Notes: generated by a model not told the origin, from the letters alone. Shown: positions 30,860-41,443, numbered from the stretch's first letter. The stretch is 64,000 nt of DNA from Ignavibacteriae bacterium HGW-Ignavibacteriae-4 (GCA_002839765.1 PGYR01000008.1:2541-66540), one strand, 5' to 3'. Made by a program: numbers and translations.

Positions 30860-32190
30860 TAAAGCTGTATAAATCTTTATTTCTAAATAAACGATTTTAT
30901 ATACTTATCTCAATTATTACTGCTCTTTTCTTTATAGGGCAGTACATTGGATTTCTGTTTTATGTTGCGTTAAGTATGCTTATACTGTTCGTAGGTGCTG
31001 TACTTTATGATATTATCCTTCTCTATGTTAACAAGAATAGGTTAGAGGTGAGTCGCGAACTGGGGGGCAGACTGTCAAATGGTGACGACAATCCAATAAT
31101 CATAAAAGTAAGAAACAACGCTGACCAAAATTTTGATTGTATAATCATAGATGAGATTCCTGAGCAATTTCAGATGAGGGAAAATGAAATTAATTTTCAG
31201 ATTGCTTCTAAAGAATCATTGACTCTGACTTATCTATTGCGACCAACAGAGCGAGGGGAATACAAGTTCTCTAATATTAACCTTTTCATTTCTTCAAAAG
31301 TTGGATTAGTACAATGTAAGATTGTATTCCAAGCCGAGCAGAGCGTTGTAGTACTCCCATCGTTCTTACAATTGAAGAAGTTTGCTTTTCTAGCTATATC
31401 AAATAGATTAGATGAATATGGAGTAAAGAAAATAAGAAAAAGAGGTCGCTCACTAGAATTTGAACAGATTAAAGAATACACGACTGGTGACGATTATAGA
31501 GCGATTAACTGGAAGGCATCTGCTAAGCGAAGTAACCTCATGATAAATCAATATCAAGACGAACGATCGCAAAACATAATCAATATAATAGACAAAGGCA
31601 GGAATATGGAAATGCCATTCGAAGGTATGTCGCTGATGGATTATGCCATTAACTCATCATTGATTTTGTCTAATATTGCGGTTCAAAAACACGACAATGC
31701 TGGGCTAATTACATTCTCAAAAGAAATAGATACTATTCAACTACCAAGCAAGAAAAAAACTCAGATTTCGAATTTACAACATAGTTTATATACTCAGAAA
31801 ACAGATTTTCAAGAGCCAAATTATGAGAAGCTATTTCTTGCTTTGAGGCATTATATAAAGCAACGTAGTTTGTTATTGATATATACTAACTTCGAGACAG
31901 TTTCGAATATGAAACGAAATCTGAAATATATACAAGCAATTGCTAAGTACCATGTAGTAGTGGTTATAATCTTTGAGAATACTGAAATATCAAGAATATT
32001 GACGGAGAAAGCTGAATCTAAGAGTGAGATATACCGCAAAGTAACAGCAGAAAAGTATGCTCAAGAGAAAGCAAATATTGTTGAGCTTTTCAACTCAATG
32101 GGCATACATACGGTTTTAACTAAGCCAAACGACCTAACCGTAAATACTATAAACAAGTATTTAGAGATTAAATCTAAGCGATTAGTTTAA
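30856..32190 (+). CDS. DUF58 domain (VWA-related) protein
   Basis: EFEQIKEYTTGDDYRAINWKASA..QYQDER. Confidence 0.9.
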   Translation: MIKLYKSLFLNKRFYILISIITALFFIGQYIGFLFYVALSMLILFVGAVLYDIILLYVNKNRLEVSRELGGRLSNGDDNPIIIKVRNNADQNFDCIIIDEIPEQFQMRENEINFQIASKESLTLTYLLRPTERGEYKFSNINLFISSKVGLVQCKIVFQAEQSVVVLPSFLQLKKFAFLAISNRLDEYGVKKIRKRGRSLEFEQIKEYTTGDDYRAINWKASAKRSNLMINQYQDERSQNIINIIDKGRNMEMPFEGMSLMDYAINSSLILSNIAVQKHDNAGLITFSKEIDTIQLPSKKKTQISNLQHSLYTQKTDFQEPNYEKLFLALRHYIKQRSLLLIYTNFETVSNMKRNLKYIQAIAKYHVVVVIIFENTEISRILTEKAESKSEIYRKVTAEKYAQEKANIVELFNSMGIHTVLTKPNDLTVNTINKYLEIKSKRLV

Positions 32191-32224
32191 ATATAAGATA
32201 AGTTATAGAGTAATCTTTTATTAT

Positions 32225-33142
32225 TTACGCTTCTACTGACTCTTGAGATTTGCTCCATTCTGCAATTGCAGCTTTCACTTTTTCCAAGTACCATTGTGGA
32301 GTAGATGTAGCGCCAGTTATACCAACTATATTACAACCTTCAAACCAGTCCCATTCAATTTCTTCTACATCTTCTATATAGTGCATATTCTCATTGAATT
32401 GCTTCATGTGCTTGAATAAACTCTTACCATTCGATGAGTTACGACCAGCTACGAAGATTACTATGTCATTGTCTTTTGCAAATTGTACTACTTCTTCGTC
32501 TCTTCCCCAAACTTCTTTACAAAGTGAGTTCTTGAATTGAAAATGATCTTTGGTGTCTCCACCTTCGACGAAGTTTCGGACTTTACTTTCTATCACATCA
32601 CGAATTTTGTGATATACGTATTTTTCCATTGTAGTTTGTGAGAACAGTACTGTTGGCTTAGTAAAGTCAACTTTCTCCAAAGCTTCTTCTTCAGTTAGGA
32701 TTATAACGCAATTATCATTTACCATACCACGCAATCCGATTACTTCCGCGTGATTCGGCTTTCCGTATATTACTACTTGATAACCCTTGTCATAGTATCT
32801 CTTTACTCGGTTTTGTAAACCAGTAACAAGAGGGCAAGTTGCATCTACTAACCTTACTCCCAAATCTTCTGCCATTTGAAATGTAGCAGGCGGCTCACCG
32901 TGTGCTCTGATAAGTACAGTTGCCTTTTCGTCAGTTTTTGCTAACTGCTCTATACCCAAGTGGTCTATTGTTTTTAGACCTTTAGCAGCTAATCTTTCTA
33001 TTTCTTTTGGGTTATGGATAATATCACCTAAGACATAAACCGTCTCATTCTCAGTAGCTGCAGCTAATGTTTTCTCTGTGATATCTATTGTTCTTACTAC
33101 GCCCCAGCAAAATCCAGCTGAGTTATCTATTTTTATTTGCAT
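32225..33142 (-). CDS. ispH: 4-hydroxy-3-methylbut-2-enyl diphosphate reductase
   Basis: GFCWGV, IIHN, RAHG, DATCPLV, SSN, GITGATSTP. Confidence 0.95.
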   Translation of the reverse strand: MQIKIDNSAGFCWGVVRTIDITEKTLAAATENETVYVLGDIIHNPKEIERLAAKGLKTIDHLGIEQLAKTDEKATVLIRAHGEPPATFQMAEDLGVRLVDATCPLVTGLQNRVKRYYDKGYQVVIYGKPNHAEVIGLRGMVNDNCVIILTEEEALEKVDFTKPTVLFSQTTMEKYVYHKIRDVIESKVRNFVEGGDTKDHFQFKNSLCKEVWGRDEEVVQFAKDNDIVIFVAGRNSSNGKSLFKHMKQFNENMHYIEDVEEIEWDWFEGCNIVGITGATSTPQWYLEKVKAAIAEWSKSQESVEA

Positions 33143-33197
33143 TTTCGACCTAAGTTTTTTCTTTTTTGACGTAAAGCCAAGTTTTTCTATTGCAAAT

Positions 33198-33869
33198 TTA
33201 TGAGTTAATTATCTTATTTGCTAAATCAATTACTAAATTTGTTTGTTCTTCAATAGTGATATTCGATGTATCAATTACTTGAGCATCATCTGCTTTTCTA
33301 AGTGGGCTAATCTCACGACTACTATCGAAATCATCTCTATCTGATATTAGCTTTGCTATTTCTTCGACGGTAACTTGCGAACCAGCGGCTATCAGTTCTT
33401 TTGTTCTACGTTCAGCCCTTGCTTCTATAGATGCGTGCATATACAGCTTCAAATCCGCGTTAGGGAATACGACAGTACCAATGTCACGTCCATCCATAAC
33501 AACACCGCCTTGCTTGCCTAACTCACGTTGTTGGTCAACTAATTTCTCTCTGACTATACCAACAGCAGCTACAGGACTTGCTAATTTCGTAACTTCAGCT
33601 GTTCTTATTTCCTTGCTTACATCTTCACCATTGAGCAAAGTACGTTGACCCGACTCACTTGGTTCTAGTTCTATTTTGATATTACTCATTAGAGAGTCAA
33701 AATCGAATCCTTCTAGCTCTTTACCACTCCTGATGTATGCTAGAGTGGTAGCTCGGTACATAGCACCAGTGTCTATGTATATATAATTCAATTTTTTTGC
33801 GACTTCTCTTGCAGTAGTTGTCTTACCTGACCCAGCTGGTCCATCTAGTGCGATTATTATTTTTTTCAT
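33198..33869 (-). CDS. cmk: Cytidylate kinase
   Basis: DGPAGSGKTT, DTGAMYR, DGRDIGTVVFP. Confidence 0.97.
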   Translation of the reverse strand: MKKIIIALDGPAGSGKTTTAREVAKKLNYIYIDTGAMYRATTLAYIRSGKELEGFDFDSLMSNIKIELEPSESGQRTLLNGEDVSKEIRTAEVTKLASPVAAVGIVREKLVDQQRELGKQGGVVMDGRDIGTVVFPNADLKLYMHASIEARAERRTKELIAAGSQVTVEEIAKLISDRDDFDSSREISPLRKADDAQVIDTSNITIEEQTNLVIDLANKIINS

Positions 33870-34570
33870 CAGTTATATATCCTTTCCATCTCATTATAAA
33901 ATTGATCTATGTCTAAAAAGTCCGTAATTAATGAATCTGCATTCTGCTCTTGAAAAGCAGGATAATCTTCAATCTTTGCTATTATAATTGCTTTCATATT
34001 ATTGGTCTTTGCGGCTAGTAAATCACTGTTTGTATCGCCGATTATTACTGTGTTGTTGTTCGAGTAAATTGAATCACCAACTCGGTGATTTACTCTGTCC
34101 AAAGCGATAGGGGGGAGCAAGTTCCTATCCGAATTATCATTACCGAAAGCCCCATCAGTGAAATATCTATCTAGTTGATATGACGATAACTTCTGAAATG
34201 CATTTTTAATACTATTGCCAGTTACTAATGATAACTCATACTCGTCATTACTTTTGAGTGATTCTAATAGCTTATCTATACCTGGAATAAGCTCTATAAA
34301 CTCTGTCGTGCAGTACTGCTTGAATCTATCTAATTTTAAATTCCAAAAGTCTTCTACTTTCTGAGCTACTAATTCTCTGTCAAATCCAATTGCATCAGCC
34401 ATCTGGTTAAGGATTTGCAAATCCGTATTACCAGAAAAACGAGGCATTTGTTCTATCGAAATAGATTGCCCATATATATCAAAAAAAGTGTCAATGAAAA
34501 TATTCTTTGACACTCCCATTTTCATGTTAAGTATAGTACCGTCTATATCAAAAAGTAGTAATCTTTTCAT
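33869..34570 (-). CDS. HAD family hydrolase
   Basis: LFDIDGT, LVTGN, IGDT..D. Confidence 0.9.
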   Translation of the reverse strand: MKRLLLFDIDGTILNMKMGVSKNIFIDTFFDIYGQSISIEQMPRFSGNTDLQILNQMADAIGFDRELVAQKVEDFWNLKLDRFKQYCTTEFIELIPGIDKLLESLKSNDEYELSLVTGNSIKNAFQKLSSYQLDRYFTDGAFGNDNSDRNLLPPIALDRVNHRVGDSIYSNNNTVIIGDTNSDLLAAKTNNMKAIIIAKIEDYPAFQEQNADSLITDFLDIDQFYNEMERIYN

Positions 34571-35017
34571 TTAGAACGGAACATCGTCATCAAATTCTTC
34601 GCTCGAATCTTTATCATCAAAGCTATCATAGTTCGGAGAAGATTCACCAGCATGACTAGGGCCACTATTACCACCGCTACTCATAGCTGAATCAATTAGA
34701 ATAATATTATTACCCAAAACTTCAGTTATATACTTAGTAGCGCCAGATTGATCTTCATAAGAGCGAGTTTTCAGCTTGCCTTCGATCATTACTTTGCTAC
34801 CTTTTTTCAGATGCTTTTCTGCTGTATCTGCTCTGAAATCCCAAAGAACAACTCTATGCCAATCAGTCGTTTCTTGCCACTGGCCTGATTTGTCTTTGTA
34901 GTTTTCAGTAGTTGCAAGATTAAGTGTACATACTTTCTTGCCTTGGGGAGTTGTACGAATTTCCGGGTCTCTACCCAAGTTACCCAATAGTGTTACTTGA
35001 TTATAACTTCTTGCCAT
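34571..35017 (-). CDS. ssb: Single-stranded DNA-binding protein
   Basis: LGNLGRDPE, WHRVV, acidic DDDVPF tail. Confidence 0.97.
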   Translation of the reverse strand: MARSYNQVTLLGNLGRDPEIRTTPQGKKVCTLNLATTENYKDKSGQWQETTDWHRVVLWDFRADTAEKHLKKGSKVMIEGKLKTRSYEDQSGATKYITEVLGNNIILIDSAMSSGGNSGPSHAGESSPNYDSFDDKDSSEEFDDDVPF

Positions 35018-35037
35018 GATTTATGTCCTAATTTATT

Positions 35038-35973
35038 TTAGAAATAATAGATTTGTGTACCAATACCAATATAAGAATCTTTTTGATTAAAAAACATACC
35101 GTGCATAGATAATCCATCATAAAGATATACACCTACGAATATAGCTCTGTTTTTAGTAAAGTTATATAATATACCGGCTTGACCTGAATTTACACCATAA
35201 TAAGTGTCGTCAAGCCCTTTGAGTGTGAAGTTATAACCAGCTTCTATACTAATATTATCAGTTAACCCCTTTCTATATTCTATACCTGATATCAGCTCAA
35301 AACTTTCAATATTTCTCGGAATTTTTGAGAAAATGTAATTAACACCAATATATGGTGAAATGCTTGTATAATTGGTATAATAATCATGATCTACTTTATA
35401 AATGACTTCAAGAAATTCTCTACTATACACAAAAGGGGGGGTAATGAATTCATTATCTGTAGTATAACCATCTATAAGGTGTGATGATATATGTGCTAAC
35501 CTAATTCTAAGTTTTTCAACCCCATTAAATATTCTTCCAAATATTGCATCTCCATAAAAACTAAATGCCGAGTTAACACCAAAATAATAGTCTGTTGTTT
35601 CAACGGGAAATTTGAACCGACCTTCACTTCTCAGGCGAGTATAGGTCATCATATCTATACCAAAAGTACCTTGCTTACTCAATTTGAATAAATCAAACGA
35701 TGCACCTATATCCATTCGTAATCGTTCTTCGGAGGGTTGACCTATAAAACCAATTCTTGCCTCATAAGGATTCGCAATAAGAGGATTAAAATTTAATCGT
35801 GAAATTACATTAATTTTATTTTCTTCCCGTATTTCAGGGGCATAATATTGATTTCCCCAACAACCAACAAATTGATTTCCTGAATCTAATGAATCCATTT
35901 CATTTTCTTGTGTACCATCTTGAGCAAAAGAAAAGCTTGCAGAAAGTATCAATATTGCGATGACTATTCGCAT
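35038..35973 (-). CDS. DUF1207-like outer-membrane protein
   Basis: Signal peptide; PLIANPYE; RLAHISSHLIDG; YSREF; C-terminal aromatic residue. Confidence 0.65.
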   Translation of the reverse strand: MRIVIAILILSASFSFAQDGTQENEMDSLDSGNQFVGCWGNQYYAPEIREENKINVISRLNFNPLIANPYEARIGFIGQPSEERLRMDIGASFDLFKLSKQGTFGIDMMTYTRLRSEGRFKFPVETTDYYFGVNSAFSFYGDAIFGRIFNGVEKLRIRLAHISSHLIDGYTTDNEFITPPFVYSREFLEVIYKVDHDYYTNYTSISPYIGVNYIFSKIPRNIESFELISGIEYRKGLTDNISIEAGYNFTLKGLDDTYYGVNSGQAGILYNFTKNRAIFVGVYLYDGLSMHGMFFNQKDSYIGIGTQIYYF

Positions 35974-37449
35974 TTACCCACCCTTACCAGTGATTACTAC
36001 TTTGATAGTTTTAGCTAGTATATATAGATCCAAGAACATAGACCAGTTTCTAATATAATAAATATCGATCATTATTCTTTCTTCGAAGCTGCTGTCGTTT
36101 CTATCTGTTACTTGCCACAGACCACTGATACCTGGCTTTACCTGCAATATCATCTCGTCATTGCCGTTCATCTTGATTTTTTCCCAAGGGATATACGCAC
36201 GAGGGCCAATTAGTGACATCTCACCTTTGATGACATTCCAGAATTGTGGTAACTCATCGAAGCTATACTTACGTAGGAACTTACCGATTTTAGTCATTCT
36301 GGGGTCATCGTTCAGCTTATGATATATCTCATATTCCGCTTTGAGCTTAGGATTCTTCTCTAACAATTCTGTTAGCCTTTCTTCTGCATCAGTATGCATA
36401 GTTCTGAATTTGATAATCTTGAATCTGCTATCTTTAATACCCATTCTTGTTTGTTTGAATAGTATTTTTCCTTTTGAATCTAGCCATATATGCACGGCTA
36501 ATACACCGAATATAGGAATAGCTAAGAATGTAAGAGCTGTTGCTAATACAATATCAAATACTCTTTTCTGTAACTGGGCAGTTTTTCTTAGTAATTTTTG
36601 TTTGACTTCTAACCCTAGGATACCACCGAATTCACGAGAAGATACCCATATAGTTGAGATACCAAATAAATAGGGAATAACGATTGTATTTTCGAAATAC
36701 TTAGAGTACTTCAATATTATCTTTCTTTGTAACTCTGATTGTACATTAGGCATTGCAACTATCGATTGCTCTATATTCAATTTCTTCTGTAATTCGGGGA
36801 TTACATCTAATCCACCAATAACAGGTATATCTTCTATATAGCCCCAAGTATCTACATTATCATCAACAGCGAATATAGGTCTAAGTCCCAGCTTCTTATT
36901 CTTACGTAATGAGTTTATGACTTCCTTACCGGCATTCCCAGCTCCTATTATCACCACAGGAATTCCCCACCAAGACTTTTCACAAAGTATCTTCTTAACA
37001 ACTGAGCGGCCCAGCGGTATCATAGCAAAAGTAATACCCCAAGATAACAAGAAGGATAATCGAGAAAAATCCCAAAAATCATTTACAAAGAAAGTGAATC
37101 CAGCCATTAGCCCATAGATTAAGGAATTAGTATAGAATATATTTCTTACTTCCTCTATGGCATCTACACCAAATCCGGGGTAAAGCCCCCTCATGTAGAA
37201 TGCTAATAAGAATAGTGGCACTATAACCGGAAGTATCTTGAGATATAAATCAAAAGAAGCTAGCGGAGTAAAGAAAAGATTTCGAATAAAAACAGAAGCT
37301 AACACTGATAGTACAATCATCAATGAATCAGAACTCATAAGAATAGCAGACGCTATGAGCTTACGAGGAGCAACTTTCTTTATTGAATAACCATTTTCCT
37401 GATTTGACTTCAGAAGTTCTGATAATTCGTTAAGTGTTGGAGTTTGCAT
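35974..37449 (-). CDS. Undecaprenyl-phosphate sugar-1-phosphate transferase (WbaP/WcaJ family)
   Basis: KRVFD, KFRTM, DDPR.TKIGKFLRKYSFDELPQ, GPR, KPGISGLWQV; ATG 37449 (TTG 37458 alternative). Confidence 0.93.
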   Translation of the reverse strand: MQTPTLNELSELLKSNQENGYSIKKVAPRKLIASAILMSSDSLMIVLSVLASVFIRNLFFTPLASFDLYLKILPVIVPLFLLAFYMRGLYPGFGVDAIEEVRNIFYTNSLIYGLMAGFTFFVNDFWDFSRLSFLLSWGITFAMIPLGRSVVKKILCEKSWWGIPVVIIGAGNAGKEVINSLRKNKKLGLRPIFAVDDNVDTWGYIEDIPVIGGLDVIPELQKKLNIEQSIVAMPNVQSELQRKIILKYSKYFENTIVIPYLFGISTIWVSSREFGGILGLEVKQKLLRKTAQLQKRVFDIVLATALTFLAIPIFGVLAVHIWLDSKGKILFKQTRMGIKDSRFKIIKFRTMHTDAEERLTELLEKNPKLKAEYEIYHKLNDDPRMTKIGKFLRKYSFDELPQFWNVIKGEMSLIGPRAYIPWEKIKMNGNDEMILQVKPGISGLWQVTDRNDSSFEERIMIDIYYIRNWSMFLDLYILAKTIKVVITGKGG

Positions 37450-37672
37450 ACTTATCAATCAAATTAATGAAACTTACCTATTTATTAGGTATAAACAGTG
37501 CATGTAATAGCTCTTGGATAAAGTTAGACAATTCTTGTGCCTAAATATAAATCAACTTTGCTTTCACAATTTAAAAGCTCGCAAGTTAATATATTTTAGA
37601 CATTAATTCAATAGAAATGAGTTAATAAGAATTCCAGATTTTGGTTAGTTTTTTATTCCTGTCATAGACCTA

Positions 37673-37705
37673 TATATATAGATACTTGAATAACAAGAAC
37701 GTCTC
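37673..37705 (-). promoter_or_regulatory. Putative ECF promoter, GAGAC class, upstream of the wbaP-like gene
   Basis: Minus strand gagacgttcttgttattcaagtatctatatata. Confidence 0.5.
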
Positions 37706-37775
37706 CTGCATAGCAAAGTTTTTTGCTATGTATATAATACGCATCTGGAAATAAAAGGTTCAAAAAATGTAAAAA

Positions 37776-38549
37776 TTATCTGAGAATTCCACGCTTGGAA
37801 TTATTAATAAAGTCTATACATTCTTGTATTTCTGGAGTTACTTCGTTGTTTTGAGAATATTTTGAAATACCATCACGGTTATTGTACCCAGAGAAAAGAA
37901 CTATATTGTAGAAGTTCTGTATTTCTTTTATTTTCTCTTGAGTGAATCCACGGCGACTAAGACCGACTTTGTTTATACCTTCTACTTGGGCAGGTATTCT
38001 ACCAAGTAAACAATATGGTGCAACATCTTTTGTTATTTTAGCATCTGCACCGAGCATAGTGTGCTTACCTATTGTACAGAACTGAGTTATCTTCACAACT
38101 CCGCCTATTACTACCCAATCATCAATACTAACATGACCAGCTAGCTGAGTAGCGTTCGCCATTACTATATTATCACCTAACTTACAGTCATGTGCTATAT
38201 GACAGTACGCCATGATTAGGTTATTACTTCCTACTGTTGTTCTCTCAGTAGCAGTAGTACCACGGTGTATAGTAGCGTATTCGCGGATTACGTTATCGTT
38301 ACCGATATATGTTTTTGTGGGCTCATCATTATATTTCAAATCTTGGGGAGCAGCAGATATAACAGCACCAGGGAAAAATCGGTTATTATTTCCGATTCGG
38401 GCACCATTGTATATTACTACATTAGCATGAATATCTACATTGTCACCTATTATTACATCGTCATATATTACGACATAAGGTCCAATCTTTGCATTTTTAC
38501 CAATCGTTGCTTTATCTGATATTATTGCAGTAGGATGTATCATACTCAT
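37776..38549 (-). CDS. lpxA: Acyl-ACP--UDP-GlcNAc O-acyltransferase
   Basis: IHPTAII, PQDLKY, IHRGT, HIAHDC hexapeptide repeats. Confidence 0.96.
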   Translation of the reverse strand: MSMIHPTAIISDKATIGKNAKIGPYVVIYDDVIIGDNVDIHANVVIYNGARIGNNNRFFPGAVISAAPQDLKYNDEPTKTYIGNDNVIREYATIHRGTTATERTTVGSNNLIMAYCHIAHDCKLGDNIVMANATQLAGHVSIDDWVVIGGVVKITQFCTIGKHTMLGADAKITKDVAPYCLLGRIPAQVEGINKVGLSRRGFTQEKIKEIQNFYNIVLFSGYNNRDGISKYSQNNEVTPEIQECIDFINNSKRGILR

Positions 38550-38555
38550 CTAAAC

Positions 38556-39953
38556 TTACCTTTTTACTAATGCTGCAGAAAATTCTGCTTCTGTTGCTAA
38601 TTTACCATCTACATAAGCTTTACCTTCGAAAGAGTAAACGCCCATTCTTGAATTTATTATCTTTACTTCTATTACTAACTGGTCACCAGGAACTACTGGT
38701 GCACGGAACTTTGCATTCTTGATACCAGAGAATAATCCAATTTTTTCTTCTGGATTGACATTATCTGCAAGCATCATACATAAGCCACCAATCTGTGCCA
38801 TTGCTTCTGCTATTAGAACTCCCGGCATAATCGGTTTCCCAGGGAAATGACCATTGAAAAAAGGCTCATTTATGGTTACATTCTTGTATCCAAGTATTCT
38901 TCGTTCTTCTGCGTCAAACTCAACTACTCTATCTACTAATAGGAAAGGATATCTATGAGGAAGGAAATCCATAATTTGATTAATATCTAGACTATAGTTC
39001 TTATTCTTTTTCATATTATACTTATCAGCAGCTTTCTTTTTCAGATAGATAGCACGAAGTTTTTTTGCTAATTCTATATTCGCCGCATGACCGGGTCTTG
39101 CAGCTAATATCTGTGCTTTCATTGGTGCACCAACTAGAGTTAGATCACCTATCATATCTAATAATTTATGACGTGCTGGCTCATTTTTATAACGTAGAGT
39201 ACGATTGTCTAAAATACCAGAATCACCACGTTTTGGTTTAGTATCTAATTTGAATATTTCTTGTATTTTCTCTAAATTTTCATCCTGTAAATCTTCGTCA
39301 ACTATTACTATCGCACTTTCTAAGCTACCACCTTTAATAAGGTTTTGGCTATGAAGTTCGAATAATTCATGCGAAAAACAGAAAGTACGAGCCGGAGCAA
39401 ATTCTGCTCTAAATTCTTTTTCAAAATCAAAAATACCGGTATGTTGACTTCCCAAAGCTGGGTTAGCATAGTCCACTAGCACAGTTAATCGGTAATCATC
39501 ATTAGGCAAGGCAACCAAATCAACTCCACGAGCATCTTCGGTATAGCGTATATTTTCATCAACTATGAAGTACTCACGTTCTGCTTCTAGTTCTACTATT
39601 TTTGTTTGGTCTAGTACATCGACATACGGCTTTGAACTACCATCGCCAACAGGCGGTTCATTATTAGTTAGCTCTATACGGCAATTATCAATTCGCAATC
39701 CAACAAGTGCAGCTAAAACATGCTCTACAGTATGTACCTCAACTCCATCTATTCCAAGTGTAGTACCACGAGAAAGATCAACTACATTTTCAACAACAGC
39801 TTCAATTTCCAGCTCAGGATTCACATCCATACGTATGAACTTATAGCCGTAATCAGCAGGTGCTGGGCAGAATGTAATTTTACTTTTGTTACCCGTGTGA
39901 AGCCCTATACCTTCTAGGGAAACTGGGTTTGTTATTGTTGTTTGCTTTTCCAT
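38556..39953 (-). CDS. lpxC-fabZ: Bifunctional LpxC/FabZ
   Basis: GIGLHTG, TVEHVLAAL, HKLLDMIGD (LpxC); LPHRYPFLLVD, GHFPGKPIMPGVL (FabZ). Confidence 0.96.
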   Translation of the reverse strand: MEKQTTITNPVSLEGIGLHTGNKSKITFCPAPADYGYKFIRMDVNPELEIEAVVENVVDLSRGTTLGIDGVEVHTVEHVLAALVGLRIDNCRIELTNNEPPVGDGSSKPYVDVLDQTKIVELEAEREYFIVDENIRYTEDARGVDLVALPNDDYRLTVLVDYANPALGSQHTGIFDFEKEFRAEFAPARTFCFSHELFELHSQNLIKGGSLESAIVIVDEDLQDENLEKIQEIFKLDTKPKRGDSGILDNRTLRYKNEPARHKLLDMIGDLTLVGAPMKAQILAARPGHAANIELAKKLRAIYLKKKAADKYNMKKNKNYSLDINQIMDFLPHRYPFLLVDRVVEFDAEERRILGYKNVTINEPFFNGHFPGKPIMPGVLIAEAMAQIGGLCMMLADNVNPEEKIGLFSGIKNAKFRAPVVPGDQLVIEVKIINSRMGVYSFEGKAYVDGKLATEAEFSAALVKR

Positions 39954-39971
39954 CAACTAAGTGCCGTAATT

Positions 39972-40004
39972 AAAAAAAAAGGGATTGATAAAATACCAAT
40001 CCTC
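39972..40004 (-). terminator. Intrinsic terminator between the T9SS gene and lpxC-fabZ
   Basis: Minus strand ggattggta..tatcaatcc followed by poly-U. Confidence 0.6.
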
Positions 40005-40064
40005 AAAAATAAGTAAAAATACTTAAAAGGCGATAAAGTGGGGAATATTTAGTAGTTAGTTTGT

Positions 40065-41426
40065 TTATTTCTTTACAAATTTATCTATGATTACTTCACC
40101 TGCAGTCGTTTTTATTTCTATAACATACACATCATTAGGGATGTTGTCAATATTTATTGAAATAGATCTAGTGGGTATTATAAATTCCCCAAAAAAGAGT
40201 TTTCCTTCTGAATTCAATATCTTGTAACTATTAGCCAATTTATTTTTATGAAGGTTTATGTTAATTGAAGCTGTTGCTGGATTAGGGAATAGTGAATATT
40301 GAGATTTTGGGACTAGGTTTACACCACTAACTTCTGGACGGAAATAACGAATTCCAAACATATTATAATTCCCCGATACTATGAATAAATCGTGCCATTC
40401 AGAGTAAAGTACGTTCATTTCCAGAGGAAGTGTAGAACCCCAGGGTTTAAAGTACTCACTGCTATCAGCATCAAGATTAAATATATTCAAGATTCTTTCA
40501 TTAAATCTTAGTATTCGTTTCTCGTTATCAAAAAACATTAGCTTCTGAGTATCTATTTCTAAACCTTGTGATATCTCCTTTATTATATCATTTTCACTTA
40601 TACTGTATTTGAATATACCTCTTCTTTGATTTGATTGATAACCCCGCATCCCTAGTATATAAATAATATCTGAGTCAATAGTCGAGAACTTGACATCAAC
40701 AGGGGTTGTGAAATTGTTTAGTGAGGTTTGCCTGCTTTTTGGAGGGAAACTTGTAACTAACTCCATCGTATTCAAATCCCAGACCTTAATATACTCAAGA
40801 CCAGTGGAATAAGTGACAATTTGAGATTCATCAGGCGAAAGAGCAATATTAACTTTCTCGTTATTCCCGAATTCGTAGGGGATGCGATTTATTTCTTTCC
40901 CTGTCTTTATATCATATACGACAACGACTGATGTATCTATACTGAAATCATTTTTTATTACTGTATATAATTTCTCATTTTTAGTATCAATAATTGAACG
41001 TATGAAATTGATAAGTCTTTTTTCAAATAATGAATCAGCTATATTAGTATCATATAAAAAATGTTTTTGCTCTATTAAATCTAGTTTACCAGTATCATAA
41101 TATTCGAGATAAAACCCAGTATTGTTTGTATCACCAGTCATATAGATAATAATATTATCATCGATAGTTTTTAGTAATGTATTAGTATGACTATACCATT
41201 TCGGATTTGGTTTTACCGATCTCTCTGCTTCTATAATACCGGTCGAAGAACTAATTTTTGTCAATGTACCAGCAGTACCATTGGTGAAATAAGCAATAAC
41301 ATAATCGTCATTCTCAACGAATACCATGTCCTTCGGGCTGTAACCTTTCTCCCATTGTTTATAAATGGATTGAGAAAAACAGAAGAAAGTGGTAGTGAAA
41401 AATATTGCAATTAAAATAGTTTTCAT
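40065..41426 (-). CDS. T9SS-secreted beta-propeller-like protein
   Basis: ATG 41426 (MKTILIAIFF) gives a signal peptide; WD-like ALSPDES..IKVWDL; C-terminal LFPNPA..VYVIEI..KFVKK. Confidence 0.8.
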   Translation of the reverse strand: MKTILIAIFFTTTFFCFSQSIYKQWEKGYSPKDMVFVENDDYVIAYFTNGTAGTLTKISSSTGIIEAERSVKPNPKWYSHTNTLLKTIDDNIIIYMTGDTNNTGFYLEYYDTGKLDLIEQKHFLYDTNIADSLFEKRLINFIRSIIDTKNEKLYTVIKNDFSIDTSVVVVYDIKTGKEINRIPYEFGNNEKVNIALSPDESQIVTYSTGLEYIKVWDLNTMELVTSFPPKSRQTSLNNFTTPVDVKFSTIDSDIIYILGMRGYQSNQRRGIFKYSISENDIIKEISQGLEIDTQKLMFFDNEKRILRFNERILNIFNLDADSSEYFKPWGSTLPLEMNVLYSEWHDLFIVSGNYNMFGIRYFRPEVSGVNLVPKSQYSLFPNPATASININLHKNKLANSYKILNSEGKLFFGEFIIPTRSISINIDNIPNDVYVIEIKTTAGEVIIDKFVKK

Positions 41427-41443
41427 AAATATGTAATCTCCAT

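Noticed and set aside
38556-39953. LpxC-FabZ fusion as a novelty (likewise the MaeB-PTA fusion)
   Set aside because: Both are established, common architectures
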